From the NCBI GenBank assembly GCA_964035545.1, contig OZ037767.1, forward strand, positions 15,380,998-15,444,997: a DNA stretch of 64,000 nucleotides, in the 5' to 3' direction. The notes under the pieces were generated by a model that saw nothing but the letters and a program-made list of their open reading frames with translations, was not told where the DNA came from and made no database searches. Origin of the DNA: Bugula neritina (lineage: Eukaryota > Animalia > Bryozoa). Both the position numbers and the translations under genes were made by a program. Positions 13,341 to 25,200 of this stretch are shown here, piece by piece (within the stretch, counting starts at the first letter, position 1; each line of letters opens with the position of its first letter).

Positions 13341-16300
13341 AACCTCTAGGGAAGAAGAAACGCAGGTCACCCAGACGGGTACCGCGTACTGGTAACCAAC
13401 CGTGGCAACAGCCACGGCGGACCAGCAAGGGGCTCCGCTCCGCCGCTACCTTTTCCATGCCCCTTCATAACAGATTCGCAGGGCTACAAGCCCAAGAATC
13501 TGGATGGGAGCCCACAAAGGTAGCCGGGAATCTAGCCTCGGCACCCCCGAGGCCTACTTACCACCGCCCCAAGAGACCTCCTTCGCGACCCAAAGCGAGG
13601 GAGGTACTCCCTGCGAGAGTAAGGCCCGAAGAGAGAGTTCAGGTGCAGCCCCATGGGAACAGCTATTTCTTGCCCGGTAAACTAGAAGGCAAAGCTGTTA
13701 CATTCCTCATTGATTCGGGCTGTACCACGAACCTCTTGAGCCGCCAACTCTTCGACACCCTCAGTGCTAGGGTCAGGGGTGAGATGGAGTCATACGAAGG
13801 GGAGTACGGCACCCTAGCAGACGGGTCGTGCCTTCCCTTCTATGGTATAATTGAGCTGACGGGACAAGTCCGTGATCAAACGATCCAAGAGACGTTCATC
13901 GTCAGTCAGCTCAAGGAGGACGCCATCCTCGGGATGCCATTCCTAAAACGGCACGGATGTCACATAGATTTTAGCAAATCTGCGATGATGATGTCCGGGC
14001 GAGAACTCGCCTGCGTCGACAAGTTCGGCCGCCCTTTAGTGGGAGGTGTGCAAGTGGTACGCAACCGTACCATACCAGGCCGCTCCCGGGCTACCATTCA
14101 CTGCAGGGTGAATAATAGCCGGATCTCTGGACTCGGGGTAGTTGAAGGCGCGCACGAAAAGATCCAACTTGCCAGCAGTCTGAATCAGCTGACTGAGCAA
14201 GGGGAGATCTTAGTGCAGTGCGTCAACCCCTTTACCGAGTCTATCAAGCTTCCGGCTGGGTCGATGCTGGGCCGTTTTCACTCTGTTCAGGAGGAAGACG
14301 TAGGCCCGTCGCTGGGTGATGCGACAGAGGCACTTCCTCAGTGCCCTACTCAAGGGCGAGGGGCAGTCCCAACACATCTCCGGGAGTTATATGACACAGC
14401 CTGTAGCGGCTGCGCGAGTAACAAAGAACGCCAAGTTATGGCCAACTTACTACGCGACTACGGTGATGTGTTCAGCAGCGGAGAGCATGACGTGGGACTG
14501 ACTGGAATTGTCAGACACGAAATACCGCTGACTGCAGGGACAGTCACTGTCCGGCAGCCCACACGCAGGCTGAGACCGGAGAAAGAGAAGGAGGTTAGCC
14601 GACAAGTACGGGATCTTCTGGACCGGGGACTGATAGAGCCCGCCCATAGTGCGTGGAGCTCGCCAGTTGTACTGGTCCGGAAGAAAGACGGCAGTTGGCG
14701 GTTCTGTGTGGATTACCGCAAACTCAATAGCGTAACCATACAGGGCGCCTACCCTCTACCTCGTATTGACGAGTCATTGGACGCCCTAGCCGGCAGCAAG
14801 TACTTCAGTACGTTAGACTTGCTAAGCGGCTATTGGCAAGTTCCTTTGAGTCCCGACGCCCAGGAGAAAGCGGCGTTTATCACACGGGACGGTTTGTGAA
14901 AGTGGAAGGTGCTGCCTTTCGGGTTGACCTCCGCCCCAGCCACCTTCCAGAGGCTAATGGAGCAAGTCCTCAGCGGGCTCCATTGGAAGACACTGCTGAT
15001 CTACCTCGATGATGTCATCATGATCTCCCCAGACTTCGAGACACATGTCAGTCGTCTGCAGGAAGTCTTTGAGAGACTCCGAGGTGCCGGTCTTAAGCTC
15101 AAACCTTCTAAGTGCGCTCTATTGCAGCCAGAGTTTGAGTACCTGGGGCACGTTGTCGGTCGAAACGGCGTGGCAACGGATCCCGAGAAGGTACGGGCAA
15201 TAGAAGACTGGGTCACCCCCCAAGACTTGACCGGACTCCGGGCTTTCTTGGGGCTGGTAGGGTATTACAGACAATACATACCAGACTTTGCGGGCATAGC
15301 ACAGCCGTTAAACCGGCTCACCGCAAAGGGAGTGACGTGGCAGTGGACCCCAGTCGAACAAGGAGCGTTCGACCGCCTCAAGGGCAGCCTACTAACGGCG
15401 CCCATCTTGGCCTACCCAGACCCCACTCTGGAGTACATCCTCGACACGGACGCCAGTGACCAAAATGTTGGCGCTGTGCTGTCACAAGTGCAGGAAGGCC
15501 GAGAAGTAGTAGTAGCCTACTACAGCAAGTCTCTCTCACCCACTGAACGAAACTACTGCACTACCCGCAAGGAGCTGCTGGCAGTAATCAAGTCAGTGAA
15601 GCATTTCAGACCATACCTATATGGCAGGAAGTTCCGGCTGCGTACGGATCATGCCTCGCTGATCTGGTTGTGCAAGAGAGCAGAGCCCTCTAGTCAGGTC
15701 GCCCGGTGGCTCGAAATCCTAGCTGAATTCTCATACCGGATCGAACCTCGACCGGGCAAGAGACACAGCAATGCGGATGGGTTGAGGCGCCGACCTGACG
15801 GAGGTTGCAAACAGTGTCTCAACATCGAGAGGAGGGATGGAGGTCCCCCGCGATGCGAGTTGGAGACGCTGGCTCACCACGGAGCACCGTTCGACTGGGA
15901 CCAGGGTCAACTCAGGCAGGGAGTTGATGAGTCCCCGGTGGGTGTACAAAACCTCCGCGCCAACCCTGTACTGGCCGGTAATTTTCGAGAGCTGAAGAAG
16001 CTCCAAGAAGAGCTGCCTGGAGTCGTGGCAGACATATACCGGGCCAAAAGGGAAGGGCGACAACCCAGCGAAGAACGCATACGACAGGGATGCGCCGAGT
16101 TCCGGCTATACTGTCAGCGTTGGGACTCGCTGCGGATCGGGCAGGATGGGTTACTAACCATCTCTCTAGCCGCCAGCGGCAGACACCCGGAGAGGAAGAG
16201 GGTAGTCTGCCCCAAGGTCATCCGCCGTGAGTTGATTTGGGATACTCACAAACAGGCCCACGCAGGGGTCAAGAGAGCGATGTCCAAATTACGACTCCGG

Positions 16301-17860
16301 TGGTATTGGCCACAAATGGAGCGTGACGTCCGACTCAGAGTCAAACAGTGTGAGATCTGCCAGGCCAGTAAGCATAGCCGCCCCCCTGGTGAAGCAGGAC
16401 GGCGGAGGCTATATGCTGGTAGGCCCTGGCAAGTAGTCGCTGTAGACCTGGTCGGACCCATGCCCCTGACCCCCAGAGGCAATAATTGGATCCTAGTACT
16501 AACCGACCACTTTACTAGGTGGGCGGATGCTCTGGCTATCCCAGATGCATCAGCCCCAACAGTGGCCAGGGCACTAGACCAACATGTATTCTGTTATTTT
16601 GAGCTCCCCGAACAGATACACTCTGATCAAGGCGCTCAATTCCAGTCTCAACTGATGAGCGACCTTTGCCACCTCTGGGGGGTAAATCAGAGCAGGACCA
16701 CCCCCTACCACCCTCAAGGTAACGGGGTGGTGGAGCGCAACAACCGGATGCTAGGTGATGCGCTCCGGAGTCTCCTCCTTGGACGAGGTCAAGAGGAATG
16801 GGATACGGTGTTGCCGCAAGTCATGCGTGCATACCGTAGCACCCCACACACCAGTACTGGTGAGACCCCAAACCTCTTGATGCTCGGGAGAGAGACTCGT
16901 GTCCCTGACCATCTCACCTACCACGTTCCAGAGCAAGACAACTCGGTTCACGAGTATGCCAGTGAACTAGTGGAACGGATGAAGGCCGCACACGATATAC
17001 TGCGAAAACAGCAGTGGAAGGTGCGGCACGAAGATTCCGATGAACCACCTCTCTATCAAACGGGAGATAAGGTGTGGATGGTCAATTACCGTAGGCGTCG
17101 CGGACAGGCTGATAAACTAAAGCCTAAGTTCGTAGGACCCTACGTGATCGTCGAGGCTATGCCCAATCATACGTACAAGATTGAGCGCTCAGGACAGGTG
17201 TCTATCCAGAATGAGTCTCGCTTGAAACCGTATTGGGCTAGCCTCGACGCAGTGGGAGAAGCCCCCCCGTTGTTGGAGCCCAGGAGGCAGACAACAACGC
17301 GCGGGCGACGGCGGCATGGACCTGAATACGAAGTGGTCATACCGCGAGAAGAAAACTTGGTGAGAGAGGAACGGCAGCTTTTGCCAACGGAAGCGTGTCC
17401 GCCACCGCCAAGTCTAATTCCATCACTTCCAGAAACCGAACCGGTTCCGGAAGTGCAAACCCCCACGGAGGGAGGGGCTCCGTCCGGAGAACAAGAAGAG
17501 GTGACCGCTAACGGTGAAGTAGAGACGCCATTAGAGGCCCCTACTAACGAACCGGCAAGCGTGTCACCCCCCCTAGAAAGGGGACAGCGTACGAGGCAAC
17601 CCCCCGCATACTTGAAGGACTTCATATGCGACTGCGTTAAAAGCGGCGTGTATGAAAGTCTAGGGGAAAACCGTACGAGAAAAGTATCGAGCAAATGTGG
17701 GAGTTGTCAACACCACGGAAATATCAACTTTTGTATCGGCGGAAATAGAAACAAAATTCATCCGCCGGGTGCACAAAGTCTTAATCACGCACCCCAACCA
17801 CGTTGCTCGATCTTTTCATACGCTGATGCAGTCAGGAGTAGACGTGTTTCCAAGCAGTAG
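13238..17860 (+). pseudogene. pol: Pol polyprotein (protease, RT, RNase H, integrase) with one in-frame stop
   Basis: Motifs LIDSGC, WRFCVDYRKLN, YLDD, LDTDAS, HHCC, D-D-E (VAVDL, HSDQG, VVERNN) and GPY. ORFs 13238-14899 and 14909-17860 share a frame, separated by TGA 14897-14899 in GL*KWKVLPFGL (likely TGG>TGA). Confidence 0.93.
13289..13333 (+). promoter_or_regulatory. -1 programmed ribosomal frameshift signal
   Basis: G_TTA_AAC in gag phase (13289-13295), 5-nt spacer, perfect 10-bp stem CGGCCCGCAG (13301-13310) / CTGCGGGCCG (13324-13333); pol is in the -1 frame. Confidence 0.8.
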
Positions 17861-18186
17861 TTCAAACCATTTCACACATTCAGTATGTCTTACGACAACA
17901 GATCGTGGGGTGAGTTAACTATATCTTAATGTGAAACTAGATTGCATCGCTCAGCTCCGACTCACTGAGTCAATCGAGCTGGAGATAGGTTAGTGAAATA
18001 CCGTAGTAAGAACTCAGTTTGACTTAGAGATTTTTTATAATCTCATTGCAATACGTGTTCTATCTGACTATTCGCTACCATAAATCTCTACGAGGTAACT
18101 GAATTAGGAGTTGCCAAGCTATTCAAGCTGACAACACGGCAGTGCACTGTATTAACACTGTCGAAACTTTTTCAGATTACACTTGA

Positions 18187-18957
18187 CCCGCTATAACCAG
18201 GGTACGGGATAGAGCACTTCCCGCTCCGCATCCGGAGGAGTATGCTAGTGGTGACCGGCCCGAGCCACTACGCCGCCGTTGGCGGTGGGTGTCTCCAGAA
18301 ACAGAGGAAGAAATAGAAACGGCCTGGGGGTCCAGAGGACGGACGAGATGCCAGATTTGTGGTGAAGAATGTGCCTCTCACCGCTCCTTGAAGCTACATG
18401 TCAATGCTCATCTCCTACTCACATTCTGCCCCTGCGGACACAATGATGTTTACCCCTACCCCGTCACCAGACATCGAGTGACGGGCTGTTTCTCTGGAGA
18501 AAACTACGTGGTCGACGCTAAGCTCTACCCGGAGTTCTTCACCCTTATACGACCCCTAGTGAAGAAGGCAATGCTGTTAGCCGTCCTGACCTCGGGGTTC
18601 CAACGTGTATTAGACAACGCCAGACAACAATCCCCGTTGGTATCTGATCGCCCTCAGACTACGTACACCCCCGAAGAGTTTGCCTATCCAGAAGAAGGAG
18701 AGATCTCCCCTACCCCGACGAAGAGACGAACCAGGTCCCCCAGTCCCCCTTTGCGCCGCAGACGGACACCGTCCCCAGACCCAGTCCGCCTGGCCACAGT
18801 AGAGGAACGCCTCCTGCGATTACAAGAAGAATTCACCCAGTTGGCACCGGATCTACTTAATACTAGAACAGGGCTCTTCCAACTCAAGGGATCCGTATGC
18901 CGGATGAAACGGAAACTGCGTACATGCCAAGCCAAGCACCAGCGTGCCCAACAATGA
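18187..18957 (+). CDS. Retrotransposon ORF3: C2H2-like zinc finger, RS/SP-rich tract and coiled coil (not env-like)
   Basis: Frame open 18187-18957 with no ATG in its 5' part; CQICGEECASHRSLKLHVNAH, CPCGH...H...C, KRRTRSPSPPLRRRRTPSP and a heptad-like C-terminus. Confidence 0.6.
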   Translation, partial: PAITRVRDRALPAPHPEEYASGDRPEPLRRRWRWVSPETEEEIETAWGSRGRTRCQICGEECASHRSLKLHVNAHLLLTFCPCGHNDVYPYPVTRHRVTGCFSGENYVVDAKLYPEFFTLIRPLVKKAMLLAVLTSGFQRVLDNARQQSPLVSDRPQTTYTPEEFAYPEEGEISPTPTKRRTRSPSPPLRRRRTPSPDPVRLATVEERLLRLQEEFTQLAPDLLNTRTGLFQLKGSVCRMKRKLRTCQAKHQRAQQ

Positions 18958-19247
18958 CTCTAGTTCTGCTGTCGGAATAATCCGCAACTTCGTCCTCTTG
19001 GGGGAACCCAGGACATCGTGCAAATGCTTGACTGCTCGACAGACTATTCCTTGTCCAATACCACAGCTAGCCGGTATTCCTCGTCTATAGCTGGTCAATT
19101 GTAGGTAACGGACTGTTATAATGACTCTGTCTATTATTATGTATCTTCCTGTGTGTTATGTATTATTTTGGTCTACTGATGTATGCGGTTAATAATGAAT
19201 GTTTTTTTATATATATCAGAGAGAAGGCTTTCTGCTGGTGGGGGCGG

Positions 19248-19552
19248 TGTGGTGCTTCGTGGAACTACCAGCAGCACAACATGTAGGGTCGCGTAATTGA
19301 CCCGGAACAACGGATAGCCAATTAGCGTATTTGATAGTTAGCAGCAATTATAGTTTCCCGCTGCTAACTCAGTCGAAGTTAGAGTGCTGAATAGATTAGA
19401 TGTGTAAATTGTCAGATGTATTGTATCGTTTTATAATGTATTATTGTGTGTAAAATATATACTCGTTCACTCGACTTATCCGGGTGCAGTTCTATAGCAA
19501 GTAATTAGACTCTCTGGATAGCATATCAACCCTAAATCTGAAAAACATAACA
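19248..19552 (+). repeat. 3' LTR of Ty3/gypsy element
   Basis: TGT...ACA, preceded by the PPT and followed by the ATAT TSD. Confidence 0.95.
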
Positions 19553-22202
19553 ATATCTTTTATTGAACATCCAACTGATTCTACTAAAATAATAGCAGCT
19601 ACATCAAAACAACTTGTAGAGATCAATCATCATGGAGACTGTACAGTAGTAGCTGGTGTGCAGCTGCAAGGTTGTTTGCATACGCAAAACTCACTTTCAT
19701 TTGCTTCTATCAGCCATATTGTTTATGCTCACTTCACTGATCTGAATATACATCACTTCCTGTTTAAAAAGTCTGTCATCTTGGTGGCTGATGAAGGTGA
19801 CCATTACATTAAATTCTTTGAATTTCAACAGAAATCTTTGTTCTCTAATTTTCAAACCTACAAAATTGGCAATTGTGGACTTCCACAAGTATCCCCTCTG
19901 TTAGCTGGTAGGGTTCAACATTTCAACGAACCTCAAGCAATCAAGTTGAACAGCCCAAAACATCTTTCTCTGTACCATGACTCTGAGACTATCAGACTGG
20001 TTGTTAACTGTGTACTGACTGAAGTATACTCTGTTATTGTTAGTATCTATCCAACTCACACTGTAGCATATGAGTACAGTGGACACCCAGGGTATGTAAC
20101 TGATATGTTGAATTATTTTGATTTTCCAGTGATGAAATCACAAAGATTTAGCAGTGTGGAGGGCAAAAGTGATTTAGCAAAAGTAGAATTGCATATTGAG
20201 GATAGTTTTGGCACATTACTTGGGATTTATTTTTATTTTTGTGAGTCAACTATTAGTTCAGAAGTTCCCAGACTGTTAGTTGATTTGCCAACAATATTAA
20301 TGAGTGGTAAAACTCAATATTTGATTTACAATCATACTAGTCAAGAGCTGTTCATACGGAATTTACAAATTTTACATCTTCCTCTGGAAGCAGAGTCTAA
20401 ACTGAGTCAGTATACTGTAGCACGTGATTCTCTCATACTCTACAGTCAAAGCCTGAAAACATTTTATTTCACAAAGAAATATTCTCAATATCAGAGAGTT
20501 AGTGAGAGTTAGTGTAGTCAGTCTATTATACAAAAGTTACAGGTGAATGGAGCTGAATCTTGTGCTTATGTCTGCTTTACATATGGCGACCTTTGTGTTT
20601 ACTTTTCATTTAATAGTGTAGACAACTTCTGTAATATTCATAATGAGGTCAGCAATACTAGTTTCATTACTGCTCCAGGTTTCTACTGTTACACATCTTT
20701 AAATTATATATTTTAAATGTTTAAACAATTTTTTGGCTCTTTTAACAACGATATTATATCCCAATTTTAATTTAGTAAGTTATCACACAAATAATAACTT
20801 ATTGAATGGGTTTTCTGACAAAGAATAATAACTTATTGATTGAGTTTTCTGACAAAGAACGTAATTTTTTTCTGATGCTGGTAACATTTACAATTATATT
20901 TATGTTTACAGTGTAATATCTATGTTTCGTACAATATTTTAGTTATGTTGACATTTATGCTATAGCTGTTGTGAATTCAATAAACACTAATCTCGGTTCT
21001 ATAATGTGTTTTATCTCAATATATAACTAGATATACCATTTTAATCAAAAAAAAAGCCATAATCAAAAAAGGAGAACAATGATCAGTTAAGGTAATTGAA
21101 AGGGCACAACAGAAACCTATATTATATGAAATGGGCAAAAGAGGACAACTCTAGATATTCATAATATCCCAGTGATAATTTCACTTATTGACTGCAAATG
21201 CATATTTTTTGTCTGATTAGCCAATTAAAAATCAGTGACTATGTTTTCAACAGCCATGCTTGTGTTTTACTAAATCACCCAATCAAATAATTGCTAAGGT
21301 AGCATTCGACTCTCTTAACTAACTTATTACATTATTTCGTCAGTTTAAAACTTCAAAGAAGCATCCAATATGTTATAAAGGATAATGAGTGCTTCTAGTA
21401 ACATGTGACAGCATGAACTCTGATTGGTATCGCTGACTGTATTATTACTAAGTGAAAAAACATTGAGGTAACGAAACAGTAAAAATTTTTTCACTCTGCT
21501 TTATTTAACATATTATATACTTATTTATATATATTTAGATGCTGAGTAGTGAATTTATCACTGGAACTCATGCATGCAAGATAACAGAAATATGTATGAG
21601 GCAAAATTTAAAAATATGATGAAGTAATTTAGCGAAGCAGTAACAAAATTAGTATAATATAATAATTGATATATATAGTAAGAAATATTGTTATTGTGGG
21701 CTATAATAAACTATTTTAGAATTAAACTAATGCATGTAATATATTCATAAATCAATCAAGCTTTACATTATAACATATAACAGCCTAATTGTTACACATA
21801 ATATTTCTATTCGTTATATAATTCAAGGTGCTTTCTTCGGTAATTTCATGGCAAAAACGAACACTATATAATAATGCTATATGCTGTATCAACTGTTATA
21901 AAATGATAATAAAAACTGATAATATATAATATAAAGTAATATAAATGCATAATCAAACAACTCAGGTAAAAACTAAACAATAATAAAGTCTAAAAAGTTT
22001 ATCAAAATACAGCACAAAGCTATTACAAAGTATATTTCCTTGCTATATCATGATAGTACATGCATGGCTGCATGAATAGAATCTATTACCAGTTATATAA
22101 TTTACTTGATCATAACGTCTTAAAGCTAATAGTATATGCAGCTTATAACCAGTTAGAATGTCAACGTAAGTGAGGTAAAGACATTTACTGTTGAAGAGCT
22201 AT

Positions 22203-25200
22203 TCACTTATTTTTCTTCATTCCAAAAATGGTAAGCTTTCCATCATTTGCTGCTTCTACCACTTTCGACCAATCAGTAGCTTCCTCACATAGTTTACCAA
22301 GTGCAGACAAGCCTCCTTTCTTTGCACTGTCCATCCATTGTCCAATTATCTGAAATTTATATTATGAGGGAAATTTCAATGAAAATGCATTATATATAAT
22401 ACCAATGTTTATATATTATTATAAAACAAATATAAGAGTGTATAATACTATCCCATATTTTGAGGCTTCAATAAAACATGTAGTGTTTAGGCAACTGGTA
22501 CTCAAAGCTTTTTATGCTACAGTCATCAAAAAATTGGCAAAAGAAACAATTTTTTTCTGCGTTTTCCTATATTTTGTACTATATGTTTTATAAACATGTA
22601 ATACCTGATACACTTTAATTACAATACATAAACAGTGTATAATTGTGCTATAGCTCATGATTATAGTAACACAGTTTTATAATATCTTTCAATACAATAA
22701 CTTGTTTATACAAGAGCCCTGTGTTTTTATAACAGCACAGCTTTTCATGTTTTGTTTATATACTACTTCAAAGAACTCAAAATGAAAACGTGCTTAAACA
22801 AAATTCTTGCAAGTGTGAATGCAATCAATGCTTAAACAAAAGTGTTGATTTTGCTTTTATTATAAAACTAGGATATATAAGTTAAAAGTCTACCTCATCT
22901 AGTTTATCTTTATCCAGTACATTCAGGTAGTAAATGTATCTGAATCTGTCAATAGTTTTACGACATTTCCCGGTTGGTTTAAGAGCATCATGAATAGATT
23001 TGGCTCATTTACTTGTCAGTTGGTTATGTACATATTCCATCAACTGTATAGCCTGTTCAGGTGTTTGTACTGCAAGGAACACAGGATAAAATATTTAAAT
23101 ATTAAGCTATGAGAAGATATGAGTATTAGTATTATATCTCTGCTATAGGAAATATTACTGAGTGTAATATAACAGCTGGTCATATATATCAAGCTCTATA
23201 GTTGCCTCTTCATCTTATATATAGTAAGAGTTGTCTTATTTTATTATATATGGTGAGAGTTGTCTTATCTTATTATATATAGTAAGAGTTGTCTTATCTT
23301 ATTATGTATAGTAGGAGTTGTCTTATCTTATTATATATAGTAAGAGTTGTCTTACCATATTGAAAACTTGTTGCAGCATTAGGAGCTGACAAATCTTGGC
23401 CAGCCTGCTTGTCACTGACTCTTTCTACAAAATACACAAAAGTCATGCAAGCTATCGTAATGGGTAGCCTCAAGATATAGGAAACTTTATAAACACGTGT
23501 TGAATTAAAATGTTAACAGAATGTTACAAACTGAAACACATTTTAATTCATTATTACTGTAATTTATTTCAACAAACCTGTAACTAGTGTTTCTTGGTTC
23601 TCAACAAATATTGAGAATGGAACATCCACTAATCCAAGTCTGAGAGAGTCAGAGCATCTTGATTTATCTAAAATGATACAAAGCTTTCAAACAAAGGATT
23701 ACCTACTGAAGATCCTCATTTATTTACTTTTACACGTTATGAAACAATTTTCAGTAATGTAATAAGCTGAATAATGTGGTGATATTGAGATTTAGCCACA
23801 TATATTATACCATGCAGTATTTGCAGTGTTGGGTTTACCCAGTAGTCCTCTCTAATGTAATGGTAGCAGCCTGCTTGCAAGTAGGAGGTCTCGGGTTCGA
23901 ATCCCACTGAGGGCAAAAGTTTTATAAACGATTTTCACCTTTTTTGTAATATAGTAGCACTTCGAGCGAGTTGAGATGCCAAAGAAGCAATTGAAGACTG
24001 AAGGTGTAGAGGAAGGGCCAGTGGAGTTCTTAAGAACAAAGTGGGAAGTAGCGCTTTAGTTTACTCAGGGCCCTCTGTGGTGTATAGTGGTTGCCCGCCT
24101 GCTTGCAAGCTGGAGTTCTCGGGTTGAATCTCAGTGGGAGCAAAACTATTTTACAGTATTTCAATTTTTAATTAAGTTTCTAGGCTAGTTTATTAGCAGA
24201 TTATAATAAAATATTTTCAATTTAAAAATATATAATCTAACTATATTTCTTTTAATATGAAGCTATTTATTTTTATCTTCTTGCTATACAATCACACACG
24301 TATGCACATTACCTTCATCAACTACACGACACAATACCCCAGTTTCACAGTCTTCCTTTATGCAACGTCTGAGATCTCCGATAGTCATGTGATCTTCAAA
24401 TGAGTAGACTGTGTTTTCTCCCTGAACTTTTACAGTTACTTTACAGTTTTTCACTTTACCTGCATAATTATATAACTTGTCACATGATCACAAAGTCAAA
24501 TTTAATCCTAGCGTAATTACACATCAACAATGTAACAAATAGGTATGTTTAGAGGCACACATGCAAGTAACTTACTCTTGAATGGCCCATCTGATCTGGT
24601 AGGAAGTGAAACTGCTTGGTGTACCGATACAGTAGCAGGTATATCTTGATGTGGTACTGCAACCACTGCATCTATTAGAGAAGGAACCTCAGTTGACTGC
24701 GCCATGTTCTCCATCGTGTTTTCTGCTGAGACATGTTCATGTGGTGCTGTAACACTTGAGAAAGCTTGGTGTGGTGCCACAGTGTTTAACTGACTTAGTT
24801 GTGATGATCCTGTATCTGACACTGGGTCATGTGAAAGAGTAGTAGTTTGGTTTAGTGCTTCAAAAGTAAAGGTAATACAAATAATATAGCTATATTAAAT
24901 GTTGATGATATTAAATCAGAATTTCTTTCATTCAGTAAAAAGCCTCAATATATGGCAGTCAATTAGCATTTGTATATCAGCTCAATGGTCATAATTATAC
25001 ATATTTTGCAAATTTCGACATTTAAAACAATTAGAGTTTTAGTGAACTACAAGAATCAGCTTATAGGACTAAAAGACTACCAAATTGTATAACTTACATG
25101 CAGTCCTTTGATATTTAGTTGAGGGTAAAATTGTCATAGCTGTTTCTGCAGGCCTTTTGTTGCACGAAACCTTGTCGGTTTGCTTTTTTAAGTCAAAAAC

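Larger units (their letters stand above)
12051..19552 (+). mobile_element. Full-length Ty3/gypsy LTR retrotransposon (7502 bp)
   Basis: 305-bp LTRs 12051-12355 and 19248-19552 (about 5 differences), ATAT target-site duplication (12047-12050 / 19553-19556), PBS, PPT GGTGGGGGCGG 19237-19247, and gag plus PR-RT-RH-IN order. Confidence 0.97.
10218..20716 (+). pseudogene. WSC-NHL-PAN paralog C, disrupted by Ty3/gypsy insertion and a nonsense codon
   Basis: Exons 10218-10374 (GC donor GCAAGT), 11575-11742 and 11964-12050 + 19557-20716. Removing the element and one ATAT restores DDIISFIEHPT as in B/E. A premature TAG sits at 20510-20512 where paralog F has CAG. Confidence 0.88.

Noticed and set aside
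12525-17694. Antisense ORFs within the Ty3/gypsy element
   Set aside because: Expected shadows of GC-rich gag/pol; no recognisable motifs.
18289-18957. env gene or hepadnavirus core-like protein
   Set aside because: No signal peptide or TM anchor evident; the RRRxxSP similarity is low-complexity only.
23706-23756. CTGAAGA...GAAAC possible extra hammerhead
   Set aside because: No stem II or valid helix III pairing between the boxes.
23845-23915. Functional tRNA-Ala gene
   Set aside because: 6-nt anticodon loop, poor D arm and a more decayed tandem partner; treated as a tRNA-derived repeat.
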